A stretch of 64,000 nucleotides of DNA from NCBI RefSeq assembly GCF_964213995.1, contig NC_135812.1:82584001-82648000 (forward strand), written 5' to 3'. The notes under the pieces are model-generated. The model was not told where the DNA came from. It was given only the letters and a program-made list of their open reading frames with translations, and did not search any database. The stretch is from Mustelus asterias (Eukaryota). The stretch's first letter is position 1; each line of letters starts with the position of its first letter. Positions 1 to 11,004 of this stretch are shown here, one piece after another. The translations under genes were made by a program, and so were the position numbers.

Positions 1-410
1 GCATAAATGCATGTTGTTCTGCTCTTGGTAAGCAGTCCTTCAAGATCAAAGATAACTTGCTTGCATTACAGGTTGATGAGTTCTGAAATGGTTGCTAAGT
101 CCAGTGTGCGATCTGCGGACTCTACGTGGAGCAGGTGGTGCTCGGTTGTTTGGAGGTTTGTGTGTTCCGCCATCAAACTTGTCTCTATTCTTGAATAAAG
201 TCACAATAACAGTGTCCCTGAGACCCCCGGCTCATGCTCATCTTCACAGATGTGGGATATGAGGTTCTGCAGACCTGCCAGGAGTGTATCTCTGCTGTGT
301 TTCAGAATTTCAGCAGGAATTCCATCTGTTCGAGGGACTTTGGTGTTCTTCAATTTTCTAAGGGCTTTTTCATCTTTGCTCCTGTTATGTTTGGAGAAGG
401 ATCACTGAAG
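1..410 (-). mobile_element. RTE-like LINE fragment (degenerate)
   Basis: The minus strand reads LRKLKNTKVPRTDGIPAEILK, the KAPGxDGIPAE pre-RT motif. Confidence 0.6.
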
Positions 411-844
411 CTCCTTTAGTTTGTCAGCCTCCGTGCCTCCTAGCATCAGTCCTGAGGGCACAACACGAAAAGACGAAGAGGATATCGAACAGCACTTGTT
501 AGCAACCATCAAATATTGACAGTCAAGTCATCATTGTAATGCACATGCGCTTTCTTGATCACCACTACCAAGTAGCTCGAGCAAAATCATCTTCTACTTT
601 GAACAGGTAGACAGTGGCAGTGATAGAACCTGCAGTGAATCTGAATTCAACTGTACAAAGTTCTGATCTGAACTTTCCTGAAACAGTGACACCGCCAAAA
701 CCAGTTAAGGAAAACAACACTTCAATTTCAGACCAAAACACAGAATCAACTTCTAGTTCCAACATCGACACTGGTTAAAACAACCACCAACGACATTCAT
801 ACAAAGTCGAAAATGCCAGAGGCTACAAAATAGTGCCAAGAAGT

Positions 845-1146
845 GCACGGTGGCACAGTGGTTAGCACTGCTACCTCACAGTGCCAGGGACACAGGTTAG
901 AGCCAGGGACACAAGTTGGATTCCTGGCTTGGAGTTTGCACGTTCTCCATGTCTGCATGGGTTTCCCCCAGGTGCTCCAGTTTCCTTCCACAGTCCAAAA
1001 GACTTGCTGCTTAGGTGCATTGGCTATGCTAAATTCTCCCTCAATGGACCCAAACAAGCTCTGGAATGTGGTGAATCAGGAATTTTCACAATAACGTCAG
1101 TGTGGTATTAATGCAAGCCAACTTGTGACACTAATAAATAAACTTT
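845..1146 (+). mobile_element. tRNA-derived V-SINE/HE1-like SINE, AATAAATAAAC tail
   Basis: Head GCACGGTGGCACAGTGGTTAGCACTGCT (A box), core GGAGTTTGCACGTTCTCC, tail GTGACACTAATAAATAAAC. Multiple copies occur in the window. Confidence 0.8.
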
Positions 1147-1371
1147 AAGAACCAGATGCCTGCGGTTTGCCGGCAACCAGAGAATGATAAACCCCCCCCC
1201 CCCCCAAAACTGTCTTATTGATTATTGTTGTTTGATTAATATTCATGTTACACTTGTTTAAATTTGTGGGGACGTTTGATTTAAAGGGAGAAGAAATGTT
1301 ATGTGTTTATAATGATTTCAGAGAAGTAGTACTGAAGCTAGACAGAGCACTGTGTAATGGAAAAAGAGTCA

Positions 1372-2443
1372 ATGACCAGTGTGATGAAAATTATCAAGAA
1401 ATACGGGACTTAATCGAAGATAAGTGCAAAGCTTTCACTGATTGGCAACTTCACCATGGTTCAAGAGAAAAGCAGCAGTCCTACCGGCAGCTGAAGGCAC
1501 TGGTGCAACGTAAAACCTATAACATAAAAGAACAAATGATAGGCAGAATGTGGGAGATCCACCAAGTTCAAAACCAAGGACATGTGCAGTTTCTTCAGTG
1601 CTCAGTGCTGCCAAGACGATCTATGGCCCAAGCAGGCAAGAGCTCACTCTGCTGAGAGCCAAGCATGGGGGGCAGGGGGGTGGTGGTGAATTAATCTGAG
1701 TGAGCACACCTACATGTGTCATCTGCATACCGAAGCTCTAAGACTGAGGTTGGAGTTGTTTTGATTTTGGATTGAAGGCAGCATATGTCTCCTGTCTCTT
1801 TAGATTATCTCCATGACGATGAATACTTTGCTGTGAGGTACAGCTTTGCAGTGAGGAAAATGGAGAAGAAAGTTGGTGTAATGACAAAGTGTTGTTTGAC
1901 GCCAGTTCTCATTCAGAATCTTAGCAGGGATTCCATCTGCTCCAGGAGCATTGTTGTTTTTCAGTTATCTAATGGCCTTTTTCAACTTCCCTTCAGACCG
2001 GGTAGCACGTAGACCAAGCCAAAAGGAATAGTGGGTCGAGGTCATTCGAGTTGAAGACAGAGTTTTGGTTAAGGAATTATTCAAAATGTTCACTCCAATG
2101 AGCAATGATTGCCTCCCTGTCTTTGATTAATTCCACCACCACCCCCCTGCCCCCCATGCTTGGCTCTCAGCAGAGTGAGCTCTTGCCTGCTTCGGCCATA
2201 GATCGTCTTGGCAGCACTCAGCACTGAAGAAACTGCACGTCCTTGGTTTTGAACTTGGTGGATCTCCCACATTCTGCCTATCATTTGTTCTTTTATGTTA
2301 TAGGTTTTACGTTGCACCAGTGCCTTCAGCTGCCGGTAGGACTGCTGCTTTTCTCTTGAACCATGGTGAAGTTGCCAATCAGTGAAAGCTTTGCACTTCA
2401 ATTAAGTCCCGTATTTCTTGATAATTTTCATCACACTGGTCAT
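1372..2443. mobile_element. RTE-like LINE fragment with a ~325-bp inverted duplication (arms 1372-1696 and 2125-2443)
   Basis: ORFs 1245..1655(+) and 2090..2401(-) share KCKAFTDWQLHHGSREKQQSYRQLKALVQRK. The spacer encodes APGADGIP on the minus strand. Confidence 0.75.
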
Positions 2444-3016
2444 GTTTTCTGATGGAGAAACCATGGACCTCTTAACAGATACTTTTTATGGTGGACTTTA
2501 GGATCAAGCAGGCAGTATAGGCACACTGATTCCAGAGGTTGCAGTTTGGCAGTGAGGTGCCAACTTAGAAAGGCCATCTTGGTTGATCTTTCAGGTCATT
2601 CATGATAATCCTCCTGCAGCATTGCTTCTGTTGCCTCTGCTGTTTGGGAGCCAGGCTGGTGGAGATGGTAGATTTGATAAAGCGATGATCAGCCCAGCAG
2701 TCATCTGTACCTGTCATGGCATGAGTGCAAAATGTCTTTAAAGGTCAGGTAGGAAAGTAGAGTTGAGACCACAAGCATTGACTTGAAAGGCCAAATGACC
2801 TTCTCCTGCTGCTCAGTCTATGTTCCTCTGCTCCATTAACCATGAAGTAGATGCTTAACTTAATGCTGAAATTAACAATACTCCATCAAGCGACTAAACA
2901 CCCAAGTTTTAGACAGTGAAATCGTGTTTTTCCTGCCAGCATAAATATATTAATTAAAATTATGCAGTCAGTAGAAAATATAAAAACAAGCAGAAATGGT
3001 TCTGCAAACTCTTTAC

Positions 3017-3254
3017 CTTTCGGCTCATAAAACACATCCGACCCCAGAATTATGTCTATCTGTGGTAACAGCACTAGCTCAGGAGATATTTGTCCCCAGG
3101 TTAAACCGATGACAGCTACATCCTCAATGTTATTAATCTGGCAATTTAGGCGGCAGTTATCCAAGCAATTCTGAATCTCTGCACCATCCGATAAAATCAC
3201 TCTCGCACCACATTTTGCTGCCACTATGCCTGGTAGGCTGGCACCAGCTCCAAT
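3017..3254 (-). CDS. METTL23: METTL23 coding exon 3 (IGAGASLPGIVAAKCGA...DIILGSDVFYEPK), SAM-binding motif I and DVFY motif
   Basis: tttcag| acceptor, AAG|gtaaag donor, 238 nt. Seven-beta-strand methyltransferase motifs (LE)IGAG and DxxY. Remaining exons were not found and presumably lie left of the window. Confidence 0.95.
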
Positions 3255-3819
3255 CTGAAAACACAAAATTAATTCCTGTACTATTCCCTTTGATATATAA
3301 TGTGTAATAATTTGAAAACAATAAGATATTATTCAATTTTCTGATTTAAAAGTATAGTAGCTTTATCTTTACAGATCTTTTGCACTGGTTAATTAAGCTA
3401 GCAGGGTGAGCAAAAGGAGCAAATGCAAGACTATGACAATGTAGAACTCGTTTTTACGCAATATAAATACTTTAATAAAAGAATTCTGATGCAACTTTGC
3501 TTGAGTGTCGCATAAAGATGTTTCAAAAATTCAACAGGCATGCTTCTAAAAATATCAACAGGTAATACTTATTGTTACCCATTTTGGGAAACTAGCTTAG
3601 AATTTGACAGGTTTATAGCTTTTTAATAGAAATGTGATAAACCTAATTTTCATTCTGTAATTTTCATTTTAAAAAGGAATTTCAGTCTTGATCAGCAGCA
3701 GCAAAACACAGCTTGAATTGTGTAACAAATGTATCCTAATTTATCCTAGATGTTTCCACCTATTTTCTGCCTGTGTATGCAATACTACTGTATTATCAAA
3801 AATCGTGAATTTATTTTAC

Positions 3820-3924
3820 CTCTAAAATGGTCTTTCCTCTTACTGTGTTTCTGTAAAACCACACGTATTGTGCCAGAACCACAGCACATGGCCATATGTA
3901 CATGCCATATTGGGGATCAAGTAC
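3820..3924 (-). CDS. METTL23: METTL23 coding exon 2 (VLDPQYGMYIWPCAVVLAQYVWFYRNTVRGKTILE)
   Basis: cttcag| acceptor, GAG|gtaaaa donor, 105 nt. Matches the human METTL23 start region MYVWPCAVVLAQYLWFHRRSLPGKAILE. Confidence 0.93.
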
Positions 3925-5189
3925 CTGAAGAAACAACAATAACCTGCATTTATATAGTACTCTTATCATGGTAAAGCATCCCAACACACTTCACAGGAAC
4001 TTAATCAGACAAAAGTTGACGAGCCAAAGAGAAAACATTTTGATGAAAGATCATCAACTTGGAATGTTAACTTTCTTTCTCCACAGGTGCTGTCTTTGTT
4101 GGGTTTTTGCAGCATTTTCTGTTTTTATTTGGGATCCAAATCTTCCAATCACCAGGTGTACCTTGGAAGATGCGTTACAGGATCCCTTGAAAATTCCAAT
4201 GGAAGGATTCCATGGGAATCACCCAGGAAGTTTGAACACTCCTTCGGATCCTCCGAAAAAGTCTCAACTCTGAATTAGAGTGGGAGACTTCAGACATTTC
4301 GAATTTACTTCCCTGGGTAAGTAAAGTGGAAACGTTAGGCAGAATAAAACTTGATCTATATCACCTGGTTAACTATACAGCTGACCCACCCCCAATTGCA
4401 CACTGACTGCACGGCTTCAGCCCTTCGACCAGGCCCCATTACCTGACACTCAAAACCATCCCGACCCAAGCTGACAAGTCTGCCAAACCCAATGCCCACC
4501 CCCCAACCTGACCTGACTAGCCCCCAACCTAACAACCCTACCTGATCCAACTACTCATTCACCCACCCTAACCCACATCCAACGACCACCCTAACTAGTT
4601 ACCAACCTTCTACCCTACCTAGCTGCCATCCTACCCACTTAGTCCCTCTCCCTAGTTTTTCAAAGCAGCTTTGGGCTATTTAAACACTTTACTTACAGAA
4701 TTCGACATTTAGTGCTGTAAAAAGCGGGTGTGATTTTTGCACAGATTATCTCCACTGCTCCCTTGGAGGATTTCTGCACTGAATCAGTTCTGCAAGATCC
4801 TCCATCGGAAGATTGCGCTGAAATATTGGAGGAAGATAACTGCATTTTTTTTTATCTGATCAGGGTCAGAAATAGGGGTTCAGACCCTTAATGGAAGATT
4901 CAGGCTTAGGACTGGTGATTAAACATTTGTCCAAAGAGCTGGATTTTAAGCAGCATCTTAAGAGAGGCATGGATGTTTGTGGAGGAATTCCAGAGCTTAG
5001 GGTCAAGATAGCTGAAGGAACAGCTGCCAATGAGGACCAGAGAAGTGAGGATGCACAAGAAGCTAAATTTGGAGAACTACTGATCCATCAAAGTTGTGAG
5101 GCTGGAGGAAGTTACAGAATTACAGATGGAATGGGTCGCTAGTCAATAGTGTCAGTAGTCTCCAGAAATAACTGCAGGGTCATAAAATA

Positions 5190-5385
5190 AACACAGTAAG
5201 AAGTTTAACAACACCAGGTTAAAGTCCAACAGGTTTATTTGGTAGCAAAAGCCACACAAGCTTTCGGAGCTGCAAGCCCCTTCTTCAGGTGAGTGGGAAT
5301 TCTGTTCACAAACAGAGCATATAAAGACACAGACTCAATTTACATGAATAATGGTTGGAATGCGAATACTGACAACTAATCAAGC
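5190..5385 (-). mobile_element. Penelope-like element terminal fragment with minimal hammerhead motif
   Basis: Near-identical to 12838-13025. Minus strand reads CACCTGAAGAAGGGGCTTGCAGCTCCGAAAGCTTGTG. Confidence 0.75.
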
Positions 5386-7359
5386 CAACCTCCTTTTTCT
5401 CTCCAAAATTCGTCAACATGATTGATGGTGCCTCCCAAATCTGTGCTTATGTTTTTGGTAGGTTTCCAGTCACGATATCTGAAGCTCTCCAATCTAATCC
5501 TGACATTGTCACAGCACTGAAATAAATGGATCTAATCAAAGCCACAAATTACATCCTCTGACTGGTGCACAATTCTTCTTGACCTACCTTCAGTCTTTGA
5601 CGTGGTTGACCACACTGTTTCTTCTTCAATATCTCCTCTATTGCCCAGTGATGGGATTACTCTGACTGACTTCCTAGCTTACTTATACAGCTGGGACCAG
5701 AGAATTGGTGCAGATCCAACTGGCTAAATGACCTTCTTCTGTGGGGTAGTATTCAATGAGTCATTCGCCAATTCTGGTTAAAACATTTGTGGAATTAATT
5801 ATACAAACAGCTTTAAAATCACAAAGAAATAAAATGTAGATAATTTCTAGTTGGGATTGTACCTTTTTCTAACCTTCTAAACTAAGAACTAAACACACTT
5901 TAAATAATAATAAAGGAATGCCGAATAGATTCATTAAGCTATATCTTATTTTCATAGGAAAAATTGGCTGGAAATTACTTCAGGAAATAAAAATCAGATA
6001 AAAATCATGGCCAGACATTTGGTTTCCTTTGTATGTATTGCTAATAGAAAATGATGTGGTAATTGCTTTAATTTGATCAGTTGCAGAAATGTTATTTAAT
6101 GTTATAATATTGGATCTTTCAGGAAATTACTATCTGGTGTTAAATTATTTCATTTATCCTACTTACTAAAATTTGTTCATTCCTGAATTACCAGTTTTGA
6201 TGTTGCACTCACACAGATCAAGAAAAAAAAACTTCCCTCAGCAGAACATGTTGTATGATGGCTCTAAAATGGGAAGGCTTCTTTGATGGATCAGTGGTAA
6301 CTGCATCCTATGTTACAAAATCAGCCAAATAACATGGAGGAGAAAATGGAGAAATGATTCTCAAAACAAAATGTCAGCATTTCTTCAGGAAATTTCCTTT
6401 CTTCTCCCTGACAAATATTGCCCAGAATGAAATGGATATTTTTGTATTTTTTTTCTGTCTGATAACACAAACCAATTCCTTCATAAGAGAGTACACACCT
6501 CCACATTGTGTTCATCCACCCATCAGCTGTATCCACCCTTACTATGGAAAAACAGATCAATGAAATAACATTCACAAATCCACCACCACCAGCCACTCTA
6601 TGCCACAGCATGTTTGAGCGCCATCTTGTCAACTCTCAGATGGCAAGGCCGCCACCTTTTCTAAACTCCGCAACTGAGGAATCCCCTATTGCACCAGTTT
6701 CAATGATCTTTCAATTCACACAGTAGCATTCTTCTTCAACCTTCTCAGCTACAGATATTTTCCTCTCCCCCTTCCCCTACAGTATGAACCACCCATCTCC
6801 CAAATTCATGTTGCCAGTCTTCCTGAATTTGTACACAGTAATTCATCAGTGGTGCTCTGGGAACCTGCTGCAAAACTGTTGGGATTAAGAATTCTCTCTT
6901 TCAGCATTGCTGTCTCAGGAAAAAGCAATGCAACATATTCACCTCCAAGTCACACAACATCCTGATGTGGACATATAGTATGGTCCCTTCATTCCACTGA
7001 GTCAAGATCCTGAAACATCCTACCAAATGGGAACACCTACACCGCATCATTTAAGAGGGTTGCTCACTGGCCACCTTCTCAAGGGCAATTAGGTATGGGC
7101 AATAAATGCCAACCTCACAAGAACCCAAGAATGATAAATGCAGGAACCAGAACCAGCAGCAGTGAACAAGTTCAGAAACAGAGCAAGAACTGGAATGCAA
7201 TTTAGCAGCAGCTCTGCATATTGGTCACATGAATATATTTCAAAATAATCTGAAGCCTTTAAATTGCAAGACAGAAATAATTTGCATTTATATGTTCCCT
7301 TTCACAACTTCAAGATATTCCAAATCACTTCACAGCCAGACACGTACATAATCTCTTAT

Positions 7360-8320
7360 ATAATACTCTTATATTCAATTCCCCTTGCAATAAATGATAG
7401 CAGTCGATTAGCTTTGCTAATTGCTTGCCTCACCAGCATTCAAGGCTTTTGCAATAGATGGACTAGGGCACCTAAATCTTCCTGTACCTCAGAGCAAAAT
7501 GATCCTCAGAACATCTGCTATTTCCTTCAAGGCTTCTTTTAACAGCCTGGGATACAATACATCCAGTTCTAGTGATTTATTCACCTTCAAGGATAACAGT
7601 CCCTCCAATACTCCCTCTCTCATTATGCTTACTGTTTCTAATATTTCACAATCCTCTTTAATTGGAATGTCTGCATCATCCCTCTTCTTTATGAAAACAG
7701 AAACAAAGTACTCACATCTGTACAAAAGAATTACAAACAAAAAGTATGAGGACAAAGACTCTTTTGGGAGCTATGACAGGCAGCGGGATTGGGCAATTAT
7801 GGAAGGAGGGTGTACATTAGGAATAACCTGCACACATCTTCAGCATTAACACAGTTATCTTCTAGATCCCTGGTAGACCCGACCTTTTCCTTATTTATCC
7901 ATTTGCTTTTAATGTACTGATAAAACATCTTTGGGTTTTCCTTGATTTTACTTTTGATTTATTAGTATCACATATATTGGAATACAGTGAAACGTATTGT
8001 TTCTTGCACGCTATACAGAAATAAATATACCATTCATTGACGACATAGAGAAGGAAAGGATAGGGTGCAGAATATAGTGTTAGTTACAGATAGGGTGATG
8101 AGAAAGATCAGCTTAATATATGATAGGGTCATTCAAAGTTTACTTGCTAAAGTTTTTTCATCTCTCTTTGCTTTCATAATTTCCTTTTTTACTTCACCAC
8201 TGTACTTTTTATAATCCTCTAGGCTTTCTATAGTAGTTTTTTTGTGATTGTCATAAGCTTTTTCTGCTTTATCTTACCCTGTATGCTTCTCAATAACCAA
8301 GAGATCCTAGATTTGATAGT
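7360..8320 (-). mobile_element. Degenerate CR1 LINE fragments interrupted by a Rex1-like 3' end (~7955-8140)
   Basis: ORF 7489..7755 YFVSVF...LYPRLLKE is CR1 ORF2-like. The segment GATTTATTAGTATCACAT...GAAAGATCAGCTTAAT matches the other Rex1-like ends. Confidence 0.6.
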
Positions 8321-8529
8321 ATCACCCTTTTCATTGTGGGGACATGTCTACACTGTGCCTGTGGAATCTCACTTTGGAATGCCTCCCACTGCTTTTCTTC
8401 AAGTAGCTACATCCACCCCATTTTCAACAGATCACTTCTCAGCTTTGAAAAAATTGTCTTCTCTCAACTTAGAACTTTTACTCTTGTTCTTTGTCCTTTG
8501 AGAACAATGCAAAATCTAACTACAGCACA

Positions 8530-8995
8530 GGAGTGCAAAGATGATTCACCAGATTAATTCCAGAAATGGAGGGACTGCCCTGTTTGGAAAGGTTAAACAG
8601 ACTTGATCTTTATTCCCTGGAGTTTAGAAGAATGTGAGGTGATCTCATTCAAGCATACAAAATTCTAGCGGCTCGACAGGTAGATGTAGGATGAATGTTT
8701 CTCCTGGAAGCAGCAGTAAGGGTGGTCTAGATCCAAGAGACACGTCTCAGAATAAAGGGGCAGGCCATTTAGGGCTGAAAGGAGAAATTTCTTTGGAATT
8801 TGCTGTCCCAATTGGTTGTGGAGGCTCAGATGTTAAGTATGTTGAACACAGATTGCTAGTTTTTTTTACATGTGAAAAACATCAAGGTATACAGAGGGAG
8901 TGTAGGAAATGGTGAAGATGAGCCAATGATCTCAGTGAATGGGGCAGCCAGATCAAAGAACTGAATGGTCTACTCCTGCACCTATTTCTTATGTA
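8530..8995 (+). mobile_element. CR1 LINE 3' fragment (old)
   Basis: TATTCCCTGGAGTTTAGAAGAATGTGAGGTGATCTCATT (LYSLEFRRMRGDLI-like), ending CTACTCCTGCACCTATTTCTTATG. Confidence 0.65.
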
Positions 8996-9461
8996 AAACT
9001 TTTAACAAAATACTTTGACGGAAGAAAAATCTACTTTGATATAGTTTCATTCACAGGACATTTTATAACCAAATATTTTTCCAGCAAAAGTGAATGATAG
9101 TTGTTTCTGTTGGTAAATGTAGACACCTAATTGCACCAAGTTCCACAAATGGCAGAAGATAAATGACCAATTGAGCCATTGTGGGGTGGGACTTAAACTA
9201 AGTGCCTGTCCTCCAAGAAGGGATAATTTCACATCCATCAAAACGTGGAGTACCCAGCAGCCATGGTTTAACGCCTTATCTACAAGGGTTTCAAGGATGC
9301 AGCGACTTCCCAGGGACAACACTATAGTGTCAGATCCTTCACAGCAAAAATCAGGGGATCCGCCCTCCCTACTCCTGCCCCAGGCCAACAGGATCCGCCC
9401 TCTGTCTAGTTACATTGTAACTCTCAGCACACCACTCCCTGCTTGGACAGAAAGGTCATTC

Positions 9462-9769
9462 AATCAAATCAAATCCAATTCAGAGTCTCAGCAAGTTGAG
9501 ACATTTCCGATCCAGGCTGACAAGACAGGGCAAGCGACCAAATCACCCTGTCCTGGGCCTGATCTACATGAGCCAAGCTGATTGGAGGAGCAAAGCAACA
9601 CCTCCTCCAAGGCTTGAGCTTATTTGCATCTTAGCCAAAAGGCCGAGGCACCGCTTTTAAAAATTGCTTCATATGAAACATATGAAGCTTGAATGTAACC
9701 TAATGACCTCAACCAAGTGCAGCATCCAATCCATACTACACTTGATCTTAGCCAAAAGGCCGAGAAGCG
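9462..9769 (-). mobile_element. U2 snRNA-headed, highly structured SINE-like retroposon
   Basis: Starts with an exact match to U2 nt 3-39 (9733-9769). Second U2 nt 8-27 copy at 9628-9647, four hairpins, (GATTT)-like 3' end, direct repeat TCATTC at 9456-9461 and 9770-9775. Confidence 0.7.
9733..9769 (-). pseudogene. U2 snRNA 5' fragment (nt 3-39)
   Basis: CGCTTCTCGGCCTTTTGGCTAAGATCAAGTGTAGTAT is identical to the U2 5' end including the branch-point recognition sequence GTAGTA. It diverges afterwards and no U2 3' domain follows. Confidence 0.9.
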
Positions 9770-9920
9770 TCATTCCCAACTCCAAAGTCCAGTGCACTCA
9801 AGTAAAGGGTTATGGGAGGGACCACAGATAACAAGACACCACACGTGGAGAGGCGGCTTTGAACTGGCGCTGACAGAGAAGGATAATCCTTCCAGGTTTA
9901 ATTTCCACCCCCCAACCAAA

Positions 9921-10041
9921 CAAGAACAGAAAATGCTGGAAAATCTCAGCAGGTCTGACAGCAGCTATGCAGAGAATAGAGCCAGCGTTTGGAGTCTGGA
10001 TGACCCCTCATCAGATTCCAGAGCCCGCGGTATTTTGCCTT
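9921..10041. mobile_element. Short repeat, probably the terminus of a second Penelope-like family, with a degenerate hammerhead
   Basis: ACAGAAAATGCTGGAAAATCTCAGCAGGTCTG is shared with ~11535-11605, ~12210-12350, ~34880-35050 and ~58275-58500. Minus strand reads CTGATGAGGGGTCATCCAGACTCCAAACG. Confidence 0.55.
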
Positions 10042-10188
10042 TTAATTCCCCCCACCCCCCGGCTAGAGGACGCAAATGAGGAAGGGTCCAATTGACCCCC
10101 ACGATTTCAATCCGTCTTTCCCTTATTCCCAACTAAGAGCGCTTCAATCTCCGTCTATAAGGAAGCCTGTCGTCAGTCAATCAGCCAC

Positions 10189-10281
10189 CTCCGGTACGGA
10201 GACCTCCAGCCGCTCAGCACCCTCTCCCGGCGATGGCGGCGCCACAAACACGAAGCGCTTGGCCCGCGCCAGGCCGCTCAT
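10189..10281 (-). CDS. METTL23: METTL23 coding exon 1 (MSGLARAKRFVFVAPPSPGEGAERLEVSVPE)
   Basis: ATG at 10281 with G at -3, 93 nt, phase-0 donor GAG|GTGGCT. Splices in frame to exon 2 (LEVSVPE|VLDPQYGMY), resembling the N-terminus of longer vertebrate METTL23 forms. Not in the ORF track because it is short. Confidence 0.8.
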
Positions 10282-10589
10282 AACGTCAGCGGCGAACTCT
10301 GACCTCCCCACCGCCGCCGCCGGGAGGGGCCTATCTCCAACGTCACCTGAGTGACGGGCTGATCCGCCAATCGGGGGCCCGCTTCCGCCGCGGCTGAGCC
10401 AATGAGCGGCCGGACCAGTGGGAGGGACCGCCCCCTAGCCGGCCTGATTGACAGGTGGGTGAGGGAAGCGAGGGGGAAGATTCTGGAACGCTCTCCCTCG
10501 GCCGGTGGTGGTGTGGAGGCCGACTCCCGGGGGTTGGTGGTGGCGCGGGGGAAAAAGCTGTTTGGCCGGAGCGGCTCCCACATTAGGAA
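10282..10589. promoter_or_regulatory. Bidirectional GC/CpG-rich promoter shared by METTL23 and JMJD6
   Basis: 308 bp between divergent ATGs, CpG-rich. CCAAT at 10367-10371 and 10399-10403, TGATTGACAG at 10445-10454, CRE-like ACGTCA half sites, GC-box-like CCGCCCC. The same head-to-head arrangement is known in mammals. Confidence 0.85.
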
Positions 10590-10718
10590 ATGAATCACAA
10601 AGCTAAGAAACGAATAAAAGAAGCTAAGCGCAGTGCTCGCCCCGAGTTAAGGGATTCTTACGACTGGACTAAACACAACTACCACGAAACTTACTCTTTA
10701 TCCTTGAGCACTGTCAAG
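10590..10718 (+). CDS. JMJD6: JMJD6 coding exon 1 ([20 protein letters not shown]...STVK)
   Basis: Characteristic JMJD6 N-terminus, AAG|gtaagg donor, 129 nt. Confidence 0.97.
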
Positions 10719-11004
10719 GTAAGGAGCGGCCTGGGGCCTGGGGCTGGCGCTGCCTCTCACAGCCCTGGGGGTCCCCACACACACACATATACACACACGG
10801 TCAGCCAGCACGTCCCGCACGTACACACACTGGGCACGGCGCCATCGAGATGCCACCCTCAGCCCACACACACACATCGGGATGGCTCACTCTCCAGGGG
10901 GCCCAGCAGACTGAGGACAAGGTGACTGATCACCTTTGATTGCATAGGAGCAGAAGTAGGTAAATTCAGCCCCCCAAGCCTGCTCCACCATTCAGTCAGA
11001 ACAA

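Noticed and set aside
1-3016. Downstream METTL23 exons (DFEDIL..., SADWS...)
   Set aside because: No matching translation was seen. The region is mostly RTE/SINE sequence, so the exons probably lie beyond the window.
4140-4900. Short hairpins (e.g. TTCGGATCCTCCGAA) and a C-rich block in METTL23 intron 1
   Set aside because: Probably a decayed non-autonomous transposon, but no termini or TSD could be defined.
9733-9769. Functional U2 snRNA gene
   Set aside because: Only nt 3-39 match. The rest of U2 (stem II, Sm site, 3' stems) does not follow, and the segment is bounded by a TSD.
10402-10593. 63-aa ORF whose TGA overlaps the JMJD6 ATG. Its first 10 nt (ATGAGCGGCC) mirror the METTL23 start.
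   Set aside because: The ATG is part of a CCAAT box and probably upstream of the transcription start. A 10-bp inverted match in GC-rich DNA is plausible by chance.
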